Shown: piece by piece, positions 25,131 to 36,712 of the stretch
Position numbering within the stretch: position 1 is the first letter of the stretch
How the letters are laid out: the number at the start of each line of letters is the position of its first letter
Source: Chiloscyllium plagiosum
Taxonomy: Eukaryota
Assembly: GCF_004010195.1 (NCBI RefSeq)
Contig: NC_057728.1
Coordinates: 40,734,376 to 40,798,375 of the forward strand
Direction of reading: 5' to 3'
DNA: 64,000 bases
Translations under genes and position numbers: made by a program
Notes under the pieces: model-generated
The model's database searches: none
What the model was told of the DNA's origin: nothing
Seen by the model: only the letters and a program-made list of their open reading frames with translations

Positions 25131-26414
25131 CTAATATACTTTTCATTTAAAAGTCCCGTGAACAACTTTTGTTCATCCATTAATGTGCCTGGTTTTGAAC
25201 AGTCTGTATGACTGATAATGTTATTAAAAATGGGAGATTAACCAGAGGATGATTGAAATAGATCAGGAGAAAATAATAAATGAGGGTTTCAGTAACATGT
25301 GAACTAGGTATTGCCGAATATGTACAATATTACAAAGGTAGAGGTTGTCAGTTTTCAGAATGAAGACCATATGGCATCAGTAGCTCAGCTGAAGGGTTGA
25401 AAGAATACCAAGGTAGCAAAGTGTTGCTCAGCTGTAGGTAATGGCTAGGGAGAGGGTGAAACCAGTACCAAAGATGTTTGAAGCCAAAAATGGGTTAAGG
25501 CCAAAGATGACGGCTTTGGTCTTCCCAGTGTTTAGCTCAAATAAATTGATATTCATCAAAGAACGGGATGAACAGCAAGCAATTTATAGAATGAACAGCA
25601 ACAAAGTGAAGTGTGTAAAGATTTTAAAAACAGAAATTTAACCAAAATAGGAACTAACAGAGACTGGGAGGAGATGCTAAGTCTCGTAGCTGATATAATA
25701 TGCAAATAAAGTTGAATAAATTAGCAAAACTTAAAAACATTTGCAGAGGAAAGAGCAGCAATTGCTCCTGTAGGATGTGAAATTTTGAACAATAGGTGTT
25801 AACTCAGATGGCTCACATTTCTCAAACTCAAAGCATCAGAACTTGAGAAAGACACAGTGACAATGCAGCAGATGAGGCTGGGAAATAAGTTTACTAGTTT
25901 AATGGTAGAATTTAGAAGATTATCACACTGACTAATGGGAAAAAAGTAGGCAATGAAAACAGAGATGGATGGCGATTTAAGAGCAGTGAACAGCTAAAAG
26001 GAAAAGTTACAACAGTTTGCAGGGCAATTAATGCTCTCAATCAGACATTATGGTTTGGTTTCTAGGAGATAATGGAGGCCGTGTATGCCATTAAATAAAC
26101 ATCTAAGGGATTAAAAAAGAGCTGGTAGGGACATTAACAATTTAGCTATAAATGGAGCATTGATAATATTTCCAGAGTAAGAGAAATTGATCTCTTAGAG
26201 TCCTCAAAGCTTTGTTACCTGCCAGATCAAGAAGTTGGCATGGTCAATGTAAGAGCAAATTATGTATGGTTATGCAAAATTAATTATGGAAATTAGGAAA
26301 CAAAATTAAAACAGAATTGTACAGACACATGATCGCTCTTCTGACAATGTAGGAGAGGAGAATTAGGGAGGAGTAACTTCACGTAGGGATTTAAATATGT
26401 GGGGCTGGATGTTA

Positions 26415-26731
26415 CATAGAAACCCTGCAGCATGGAAGCACACCATTCAACCCACCGAGTCCTCACCAACCCTTCGAAGAGCCCACCCAGACCCACACCC
26501 CTATCCTGTCCCTGTAACCCTGCATTTCTCATGACTAATCCAGCAGGCTTGCATATCCTGAGGCACTATTGGCAATTTAGCATGGCCAATCCACCTAACC
26601 TGCACATCTTTGGACTGTGGGAAGAAACAGGAGCACCCGGAGGAAATCTTGGCAGACATGAGAGAACCAAGGGTAGAATTGAACCTTGGTGCTGTGAGGC
26701 AGATGTGCTAACCCATGAGCCACTGTGCCAT
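26415..26731 (-). mobile_element. V-SINE (HE1-like)
   Basis: ggcaatttagcatggccaatccacctaacctgcacatctttggactgtgg core. Confidence 0.8.
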
Positions 26732-28231
26732 CCCATGCCTCCAGAGGTGTGTTTTCAGGGTCTGAGCATGCAGTATAAGGCAGGAGACTAGCCTACGACC
26801 TTCTCAGTCACACCCAAGCACAATTCGAGGGATTTATTATGCTCCCGAGAAGCATGTTGGGATGTCCTACTTGATTTATTAATTGAGAAATTGTGCCATA
26901 GGGATTATCTACTACAGTCTACTGCAAGTCTTCCTTGGGCAATATACATCGTTGGATTCCTTCAAACTATAAGATTGGCCTAATTGGCAGCCATATGCAG
27001 TATGGCTCGAATCGATGTACAAGCTTGATGCTGAAATAGGACTCAGGTTGCAGCATGATGTCTACCTTTGGTACAGTATATTACACAAAGGTACAAGTGA
27101 GCCTATGGCCACTACCTTTGGACTTGAAAAGTGTCCAACATACCTCAGATTACTCTGGAAGATTTGATCAACAGGTGAAGCTAGCTACTTTGTGCTGTTA
27201 TTACACAGCAGCAACATAAGTAGTTGTTGCCAATGATAGGTGCTGCCACCAAGTCAAAAAGACATTCTGCCTAGCACATAAATTTGAGTGCTGTTGTGAT
27301 GCCAGGTAGGGCATTTGTTCCAAAGACTGGCAGGGTGCATCAAACAGCATGGTTGCTCCCCACAGGTAAGGTACTGACTGTAACTAAACAACCTATGCTT
27401 ACAAACCTCACAAATGCCCAACATGAGGAGCTCAAGTTGCTAAATCAACTGAGTGTGCTAAGAATTACTGAAAACCAATTTAAGATCATCAGTGGCCCTG
27501 CAATGGGGCATACCTGCATCTACTGGAAATTAAACACACTGACGTACAGAAGCCTGTTTCTTACAGACCCAAACAGCATATGCAGACATTGCATCTATTT
27601 TGAGTGAGCATAGTCAAGTGGCAGCTATTCTTCAGTTTATTCCTCAGGGCATTGTCTTTACCGATCAGAGTACACCTGCCTGGTTTAAATTTAATTAAAG
27701 CTTGGCATTTAACTGTCAATCATCATGTAACTGGTGCATTCTTCAGGACAATGCCCCTTACAGAGTTCATTTGCCAATCAATTGGCATACTCTTTTCATA
27801 AGGTACAAAAATGTCTTCCCTTTCACATTGGCGTAATCAAGAGGAAAACTTTATTAAAATCTGCCTTTTCAGCAATACTCATGTTCAACCATTTTAAAGG
27901 CAGTATATAAAATAAAGTTTTGTTGAGGATGGAACGCAAGATAGATCATTTGGTGAATCCAGAAGTGACTGCAGGAACAGGAAGAGAACAATACTGGAAA
28001 TATTCTATGATTTGATAAACAAAACTAGGTGCAAGTAATGGCAGTCTCACCCAGGTGTCCAACTGGGGACAAGTGTTCAAGGAAGATGAGGATGTCAATC
28101 CTGGTCAAAGTCTGAAGAAAGATCAATAAGCACAAGAAGGATAGTCATAGAAGTGGATCTCTTAACATGAACAAAAATAAAAATCAGCAGAAATGGACAA
28201 AACACACAAAGAGTGGTAGTTGTTTAGAGAG

Positions 28232-28552
28232 TGGCACGGAGGCTCAGTTGTTAGCATGGCTACCTTACAGTGCCGGGGACCTGGGTTCGATTCCAGCGTT
28301 GGGTGACTGTCTGTGTGGAGTTTGCACATTTTCCCCGTATCTGCGTCGGTTTACTCCGGTTTCCTCCCACAGTTCAAAAGATGTGCAGGTCAGGTGAACT
28401 GGCCATGCTAAATTGCCCATAGTGTTAGGTGCATTAGTCAGGGGTAAATGTAGGGAAATGAGTCTGTGTGAGTTATTCTTCGGAGGGTTGGTGTGGACTT
28501 GTTAGGCTGAAGGGCCTGTTTCCACACTGTAGGGAATCTGATCTAATCTAAT
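28232..28552 (+). mobile_element. V-SINE (HE1-like)
   Basis: A/B boxes, V-domain, atcta tail. Confidence 0.88.
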
Positions 28553-28644
28553 TATCTTCCACAAATAGCAAATGGTCAACTGACTACCACTTCATGCTAC
28601 AACCAATTTAAGAATAAACTGTGTGTCATGTAGAGTTCACTTAC

Positions 28645-29460
28645 ATTATACTGAATAAATTCACTCCTGGCGTATGGTTGTAGGCTTTTCTCTCAACGAC
28701 TGACCTAGCTTCTATAATGACTATTTCAGGTTAAGTCAATCAGAAACAATATCTTGAGTGCTGATTAATAATAAACTAAACTCTGAAAATAGCAACAGAT
28801 TGCTGATGCAACATAAGAGAGAGAATTCCCTCAGGAAAAGGAATACAATATTGCCATTTAGAAGGAAAGTTTGGAAGTTTTCACAAAATGAAAACTTCAG
28901 TCCGAATCCATCTCATCAAATTTCTGGCAAGCATGGAAGCTTGAAACAATATTTTAACAGTCACATGTTTGAATGTTTTCTCTAATGAGCTTCATGTTTT
29001 CTAAAAGTGAGATCTACAGTCTTTGTTGTTACATGGAATTTATGACATCTGTACTTTTTTTGTACCAGACATTCAGTGGCTGTCATGCAATTGTGGCAAT
29101 TCACATCAGACGATGACTTTACCTGTGCAAGATGTCAATAAGTCATTAACCTGTTCTTTTTTTACCATGTTACATTGTCTAAATCTTCTCTCCCCACACA
29201 AACAATTTTTAATTACTTTTAAAAGTCTGTCTTTATTCTGAAAATCCAACACATTTTTTCCCCAAAAATGCCCAGAGGAAAATATAAATTGCGAGTTGAA
29301 AATACTGCTCACTTTTTCAGATAGGAACATCAGCATTATGTGGATACTGCTGTAAAATAAAGCCCAGTTCGTCCATCTATGATTCTTTATTTCAGAGACT
29401 TGCAATCATACCTGTTATTCTCAATGTTTCCTTTGGTCTTTTGTGCAAAGCGACATGGTT
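28645..29460 (-). pseudogene. Three small exons of the relic gene (29460-29412, 29349-29123, 28711-28645)
   Basis: Canonical splice dinucleotides (donors gtatga, gtaaag, gtaagt), open frames, phases 1-2-1-2 join to the 23725 exon. Confidence 0.45.
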
Positions 29461-29544
29461 CTGTGAATATATTGTATATATGTGTTAAAATTGAAGCTGT
29501 TAATATCATTTAAAATATAAAATTACCATATTTAAAGGTTTAGA

Positions 29545-30345
29545 AACATACAGGAACATTGGAACAAAGGTAGGCCATTCAGCTCCTCGAGTCTGTTCCA
29601 CCATTCATTGAGATCATGGCTGATCTGTGGCCTAACTCCATACACCTGCCATTGGCCCATGTTCATGAAAACCTTTTGCTTCACAAAAATTAACAACTGA
29701 ACATGCATCCACTGCTGTTAGGGGAAGAGTTCTAAACGTGTGTGTGTGTATGTCTGTGTGTGTGTGTGTGTGTGTGTATAGGAGCATCCTAACAGTCTGG
29801 CTCTAATTCTTACACTAAGCCCCCTAATTCTAGAATGCCCAACCGGTGGTAATAATTTATCTTTATCTACACTGTCTTTTCTTTTTAATATCTTGAAGAT
29901 TTTGATCAGATCTAAACTCTAGAGAAACAGGCTTAATTTCGGTAATTTCTCCTCATAACTTAACCTCTGAAATGCAGGTATTATTCTGGCAAATTTACAC
30001 TGTACTCTCTCTAAGGCCCAGGTATATTTCCTAAGATATGGTGCCCAGATCTGCTCACAGGACTCCAAGTGAGGTCGAACCAGAGTTTTGTATAACTACA
30101 GCATTACCTCTGCATCTTGTACTCCAGTCATTGAAGTATAAAGATCAGGATTTTATCAGTTATTTTCTTCATCACTTTATGATGTTTCAAAGGTCTATAT
30201 ACCTGAACCCCTCTTTGGGCATTTATTGTTTTTAAACTTTATACCGTCCAGAAAGTACCCTGATCTAACTTTTCTCAATCCAAAATGGATAATATCATAC
30301 TTACGTTGAACTCCATCTGCTGCAGTTTTGCCCAATCACTTAGTA
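29545..30345 (-). mobile_element. Older CR1-like fragment containing a (TG)n tract
   Basis: CR1-type 3' tail (ggaacattggaacaaaggtaggccattc) and degraded RT C-terminus. Confidence 0.6.
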
Positions 30346-30398
30346 ATCAACTACTTCAATGATATATAGACATATTTATGCAGACAAATGTCATGACT

Positions 30399-30433
30399 GT
30401 TCTGATGAAAGGTCATCAACCTGAAATGTTAAC
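30399..30433 (+). ncRNA. Minimal hammerhead motif in an older Penelope terminus (third family)
   Basis: GUU-CUGAUGA-A-AGGU-cauca-ACCU-GAAA-UG-UU-AAC. Confidence 0.55.
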
Positions 30434-31329
30434 TTTGTTTTTCTTTACAGAATCTGTCTAACCTGTGAAGTATTTCCAGTATTTTCAGTGGTTGCAGTAA
30501 TTGGTTCTTATGTAATAAACTGTCCTAGATTGACATTCAATATTATTTTGGTAAGCTGATTATAAAAAACAATTACTCAAAAGTGTACTGGGGCAATATT
30601 TTCTCTCTTCAGATCTGAAGTTTCAGAAGTACACTGTGATCTGACATACCCTGGTTTAATTATTTTCTATCCAGAACTACTTCATTCTGAAATTATGGTT
30701 TAGACCTCAATACCGATTGCTCAGCATGACTTTGCATGGGCCCCAGCTATGTCTGCCTCTTCATAGGGTATGTGGAACAATCCATCTTCCGCAACTACAC
30801 TGGCCCCACCCCCCATCTTTTCCTTCGCTACATTGATCAAAAGGAGTAGCCATGGGCACCCGCATGGGCCCCAGCTATGCCTGCCTCTTCGTAGGGTATG
30901 TGGAACAATCCATCTTCCGCAACTACACTGGCCCCACCCCCCATCTTTTCCTTCGCTACATTGATGACTGTATCGGCGCTACCTCGTGCTCCCACGAGGA
31001 GGTTGAACAGTTCATCCACTACACTAACACCTTCCACCCCGACCTCAAATTCACCTGGACAGTCTCGGACTCCTCCCTCCCCTTCCCAGACCTTTCTGTT
31101 TCTATCTCAGGCGACCGAATCAACACGGACATCTACTACAAACCAACCGACTCCCACAGCTACCTGGACTACACCTCCTCCCATCCTGCCCCCTGTAAAA
31201 ACGCCATCCCATTCTCCCAATTCCTACGTCTCCGCCGCATCTGCTCCCAGGAGGACCAGTTCAAAATACGTACAACACAGATGGCCACCTTCTTCAAGGA
31301 CCGCAATTTCCCCCCCGACGTGGTCAACG

Positions 31330-31536
31330 NNNNNNNNNNNNNNNNNNNNNNNNNNNNNNNNNNNNNNNNNNNNNNNNNNNNNNNNNNNNNNNNNNNNNNN
31401 NNNNNNNNNNNNNNNNNNNNNNNNNNNNNNNNNNNNNNNNNNNNNNNNNNNNNNNNNNNNNNNNNNNNNNNNNNNNNNNNNNNNNNNNNNNNNNNNNNNN
31501 NNNNNNNNNNNNNNNNNNNNNNNNNNNNNNNNNNNN
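31330..31536. other. Assembly gap
   Basis: Run of N. Confidence 1.
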
Positions 31537-31961
31537 CAGAGAGCACCTCTGGGCCATCCGGACGAACCAACCCAACCACCCTGTGGCACAGCATTTCAAC
31601 TCCCCCTCCCACTCCACCGAGGATATGCAGGTCATTGGACTCATCCACCGCCAAACCACAACAACGTGACGGTCGGAGGAGGAGCGTCTTATCTTCCGAC
31701 TGGGAACCCTCCAACCACAGGGGATGAACTTGGACTTCACCAGTTTCTTCATCCCCCCTCCCCCCACCTTGTCTCAGCCGAATCCCTCCAGCCCGGCTCC
31801 GCCTTCCTGACCTGCAGTCTTCTTGTTGACCTCTCCGCCTCCATCCTACTCCGACCTATCACCCTCACCTTGACCTCTTTCCACCTATCACATTTCCAAC
31901 GCCCCTCCTCCAAGTCCCTCCTCCCTACCTTTTATCTTCTCCTGCTGAACACTCTCTGCTC

Positions 31962-31997
31962 ATTCCTGAAGAAGGGCCTGTGCCCGAAACGTCGAAT
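31962..31997 (+). ncRNA. Minimal type I hammerhead ribozyme motif
   Basis: AUUC-CUGAAGA-A-GGGC-cugu-GCCC-GAAA-CG-UC-GAAU: core, stem II, stem I and palindromic ACGU helix III. Confidence 0.75.
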
Positions 31998-32660
31998 CTC
32001 CTGTTCCCTGGATGCTGCCTGACCTGCTGTGCTGTTCCAGCAATAAAGTTTCAACTTTGTATCACTTAAGGTGATGAGTGGAGTCCAGGGTAATGTTGCA
32101 CTGAGAGTTACTAAAGATCCTCCCTGTAGTTCCCATGGATCCACATTGTGACAGACAGTAGAGAAGCTCAAGAAATTGCTGATGCAAAAGACATTTTTTT
32201 CACAACATTTTTCACTAAAATACGTGTTTCAGTGATGAAAATATGCTCAGATTGTTACAAAAAGAGATAACGATTCTACGCAATATAATACAAAAAAAAA
32301 CATGCTGAAATAATTTCTATCCTGTATATTTATCAATTCAACTTCTACAAAAGTCAAGATAACTCTTACTATTTCACTGCAAACTTTAGTATAGAAATAC
32401 TTACTGATGCTTCCCTTTGAAGCATTTGTTCACTGCTAGTCATGAACTTGGCCTTGTACAACGTCTCCATGGTGTCAAATCTCCATTGAGTTTTTCTTGA
32501 AATAATCAAATATATTGACAATCTGACTGAATAACACAATGAAAAAATACAAGCAGTGAGTAACAAACCATGCCACCGTAATTCAACTGTTTTTGAACAT
32601 CAGCAGAATTCAGGATACAAAATTTAAAATTTCATGGTTATGAGTTTGATTTATTGTTGT

Positions 32661-33088
32661 GCAGAAAGTGAGGTCTGCAGATGCTGGAGATCAGAGCCGG
32701 AGACACCGGGTCCAACAAAACTTGGACCCAACCAGGACAACCAGTACTTACAACAAATCCGAAGCCTCCAGCAACAGACCTCCCTCCGGATCCTCCGCTC
32801 CATGCTTGCAGCCATGTGCCGCTACCTACATTCCCTGCAACTCGACCTACCCCAGCTCAGGACAACACTCTCACAGACCTGCAAAGGACCTCTACTGTTC
32901 TTCATCCACAGAAGGATCCATAAACTAAACAAACAGTTCTTCCTGGCCATATCGGAAATCAAAGACAGTAAGTACCAAAAACTTTCATGTACTTACCCCC
33001 ACACTCCGGATTCCTCAACTGTTCCATTCCTGAAGAAGGGCTTATGCCCGAAACGTCGATTCTCCTGTTCCCTGGATGCTGCCTGACC
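32661..33088 (+). mobile_element. Rearranged Penelope-like mini-element with 14-bp TSD
   Basis: TGATTTATTGTTGT at 32647-32660 and 33089-33102; inverted terminal piece, ORF fragment and hammerhead-bearing tail. Confidence 0.75.
33026..33061 (+). ncRNA. Minimal hammerhead ribozyme motif
   Basis: AUUC-CUGAAGA-A-GGGC-uuau-GCCC-GAAA-CGUC-GAUU. Confidence 0.7.
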
Positions 33089-33584
33089 TGATTTATTGTT
33101 GTCACTTACCGAAATACAGTGAAGAGTGTTATTTTGTGTGCTATACAAGCGGATTATACCATATAAAGAACATCAAGGTAGCAGAACATAGAGCAGAATG
33201 TAGTGTTAAAGCCACAGAAAAGGTGCAGAGAGAGAGATCAACATTAACATTTGAGACGTCAATTCAAAAGTCAGATAACTACAGGGAAGAACCTGTTCAT
33301 GAACCTGTTCTTGCACATATTCAAACTTTATATCTTCTGCCTGCCAGGAGAGGGTGAAAGGGAGTATAACTGGGATAGGAGGCGGCTTTGGTTCTTTTCC
33401 TGAGGCAGCGGGAAGAATAGATGGAGTCAAAGGATGGAAGGCTGGTTTGCGTGATGGACTGGGCAGTGCTCACGACTTGCAGTCTCGGGATGAAGCACTG
33501 CCTTCCATGCTGTGATACATCAGGATAGGATGCTTTCTACAGATTTTGTGCACATGCTGAGAAAAATGTACATTAAAACAATCT

Positions 33585-34230
33585 TTATAACTCAAACCTT
33601 CCATTCCCAGCAACATCCTGGCAAATCTTTTCTGAACCTTCTCCTGCTTGATAATATCCTTCCTAAAACAGCGGACAACCAGAACTGGACACAGTACTCC
33701 AGAAATGGCTTCGCCAACGTCCTGTACAACTTCAAAATGACTTCCCAATTCAAAAGTCTGAACAATGAAGGCAAGCATGCTAAATGCCTTCTTAACCACC
33801 CTCTCTGTATGTGATGCAAATTTCAAAAATTATGTACATGAACCCCGAGGTGTCTCTGTTCTACAACACTAGCCAGGGCCCTACCATTAATTGTATCAGT
33901 TCTACCCATATTTGCTTTACCAAAATGCAATACCTTGTATGTATCCAAATTAGAACATAGAACATAGAACAGTACAGCTCAGAACAGGCCCTTCAGCCCA
34001 CGATGTTGTGCCGTCCACTGATCCTCATGTATGCACCATCAAATTTACATGACTATATGCATGTCCAGTAGTCTCTTAAATATCCCCAATGACCTTGCTT
34101 CCACAACTGCTGCTGGCAACACATTCCATGCTCTCACAACTGTGTAAAGATTAAACTCCATCTGCCACTCCTCCGCCCATTGACCCAAGTGATCAAGATC
34201 TCTTTGTTATCCAAGATAACCTTCTTCACG
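33585..34230 (-). mobile_element. CR1 fragment with nested CR1 3' tail (~33951-34150)
   Basis: LEYCVQFW; tagaacatagaacatagaac tail. Confidence 0.8.
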
Positions 34231-35029
34231 TTGGACATTTGTTGGAAATTATAACCAAGAAAGATTAATTTTAAAACATACAAACACCATTCACGATAGT
34301 TCATTTTCCATTGTACAGTTCAGGATTAATCACTGTGCAGTTGAAAAAAAACGACACTTTCGTCTGCCCACTAACTCCAAACCTTCCAGTTCCCATCCAG
34401 CCTGGCCAATGGCTTGTACAAACATAGCTGACATTTCTTAGTGCTCAAGAATACAGTACTGGATACATCCCATTTATTTAAAGTCAGTCGAAGTTTTAGG
34501 CCAGTATTTGTTACTCGACGTTTGCTCTAAATGAGTTTGGTACAATGTTGGGCATAATTTAACATTGGTCCATTCCTGCCTTACACAGTAACTTTTTTTA
34601 CTTCACGCAAAAGTCGACTTACTTGTCGAATTCAGGACCTGCAGCCTGTTTAATGATTTTTCACCCAATCTGTCAAGTCCGTGCAAACTCCCACTCTAAC
34701 GTTTATCCAGTTTCACATCAGAGAATAATTGCAAAAGAAGTGCAGAGACTGCAAAAATAAATAAGTTCTCCTGCTGTCCACCCCACCGCCTCAAAAACCT
34801 CATTTACTTGAATATCGCGAGAGTCCTTTGTAAATGACTTTGAGTTTGTGGGCCTGAATATAGTCACCCCCCACTAAGCTGCTGGGCAAGGGGGGGCAGG
34901 AGGGGGCATCTGCTGGCACCAACGACCTCCCACTGAGAAACAGTCTTGGCCCTCTTGCAACATTTATCTTTGAGCATGACTGCTCCAATCAGTTACATAG
35001 TGTAATGATCTATTACTTCAATACAGTGA

Positions 35030-35770
35030 GTCAAACACCACAGAACAGGCCCTTCAACTACAATAACCCCAGTTTTAGCCCAGACTTGGACCCCATAGCC
35101 TTGAATTTTATGACACATATTCTGTTCATCTAAGGTCTAGATTGTGAGGTTTCCTGCCTCAACTCCCCTTATAGGCAGTCTATTCCAGATTCCCTCTGGA
35201 GTGAAAAAGAAACTCAAATACTCTCTCGTCTTTAGTAAAATTATGACCCCTTGATACCGATCCTTCAACTAAGGGGAACAAATGTTTTTCTATCCACCTT
35301 ACCCATGCCCTTCAAATCTTATACACTTCAATCAGGTCTCCCAAAGCTTATCCAGCCTCTCTATAGCTAACCAGCTCCTTCCCATTCAAAATCTTGGTGA
35401 ATCTCCTTTGCACACCCTCCAGTACAATCACATCTTTTCTCTAGTAGGGTGACCAGAATTACACACAGTAATCCAAATGTGGCCTGATCAAAGTTCTGTA
35501 CAGCTCCAAAACAACTTCCCTGCTCTTATAACCACCAGTACAACTGATACGGCAACATATGGGACACTTTCCTTTAATTACCTTGCTAAATTGCCCTGTC
35601 ATCTTCAGTGATGTGTGGACAAGCACCTCACGATCACACTGTTCCTGAGGTTCGTAATGTCCTACCATTGAGTACTGCACCACCATTATCCTTCTTCCAA
35701 ATGGCATAATCTCACACCTACCAAGGATAGATAAAATTTATCACTGATCAACCCATCTAACTAATATTGG
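35030..35770 (-). mobile_element. Degraded CR1 fragment
   Basis: YKSREVVLELYRTLIRPHLDYCV. Confidence 0.7.
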
Positions 35771-36712
35771 GCCTGTACTCTTGCCAATTCAATCTTGAAT
35801 GACTTCCCCACCACCACCACCACAATGATCTGTTGTATATTTACTCAGAAGTAGCTGTCCCCAGTTTATTTTGGCCATACCCTTATTTTAATATCTGTCT
35901 TTCCCCAATCACTAACCTTTTCTTTGCAGACCAACTTCTTCCTTTTCCAAAACCAACTTCAAACATATCATGTTGTAGTTGCTATCACTAAAATGTTCTC
36001 CCTTTGCCACCTTGAGCACCTATCCAGCTTAGATTAATACACTGCTCTAAGATTTGCTGCTACAGTTAATTTACATTTGTAAGCTGAAGGGCATCTGTAG
36101 AAGAGTTTGCCAAAGGGGAAACACTGTATAGTATATGGATGGAGCACTGCTTTGTAATAAATGTCAACCTGCAAATGGTACATGAATTCAGATGTCAACT
36201 GCCAGTTCAGGTAACTGCTGGGATATTTTCATTTCCAGTTCCTCGCTGGTGACTTGCTGTAATGAATCATACAGATTTATACATAGATAGAAATAAACTC
36301 TTTTTTGCGAGGAACATTCAACCTGCCAATGCTATCACCTAGAAGGTCAAGGGTAAGCTATGCATAGGAGTACCACCACCACCTGCGAGGTCCCCTCCAA
36401 GCCACACTATCCTTACAGAAAACTGTATCAACATTCTTTCACTGTCACTGTCAAAACCCCAGAACACATTAACAGAACTGTGGGTGCACCTGCACCTCAG
36501 AAACCGTTCCAGGCGGCAGCTCACCATTACCTTCTGAAGGACAATTATTGATAGCCTAATCCCATGAACAAATACAATAAAATGAAAAGCATTTATGCAT
36601 TATTGCCTTTTTTGGTCCTATGGGCATTCAACTGTACAGGCCCAGCAGTTGGAGCAATTTTCAAATATTCATTTGGTTATCCATTACCATTAGTATCAGA
36701 ATATACTTGTTG

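Larger units (their letters stand above)
30734..32060 (+). mobile_element. 5'-truncated Penelope-like retroelement (RT C-terminus, GIY-YIG endonuclease end, 3' terminus) with an internal gap
   Basis: MGTRMGPSYACLF...FLRYIDD...TDIYYKPTD; after the gap EHLWAIRTNQPNHPVAQHFN...EERLIFRLGTLQPQGMN; hammerhead motif near the 3' end. Confidence 0.9.
14541..32522 (-). pseudogene. Decayed multi-exon gene, tentatively RGS22/RGSL1-like multi-RGS-domain protein
   Basis: Chain of AG/GT-bounded exons with compatible phases: 32522-32405, 30686-30650, 29460-29412, 29349-29123, 28711-28645, 23725-23319, 22573-19443, 16111-~14541. Contains in-frame stops, frameshifts and TE insertions. RGS-like motifs (LFRKFM, LYF*, REQQECGFNVLF) recognised from memory. 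Confidence 0.6.
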
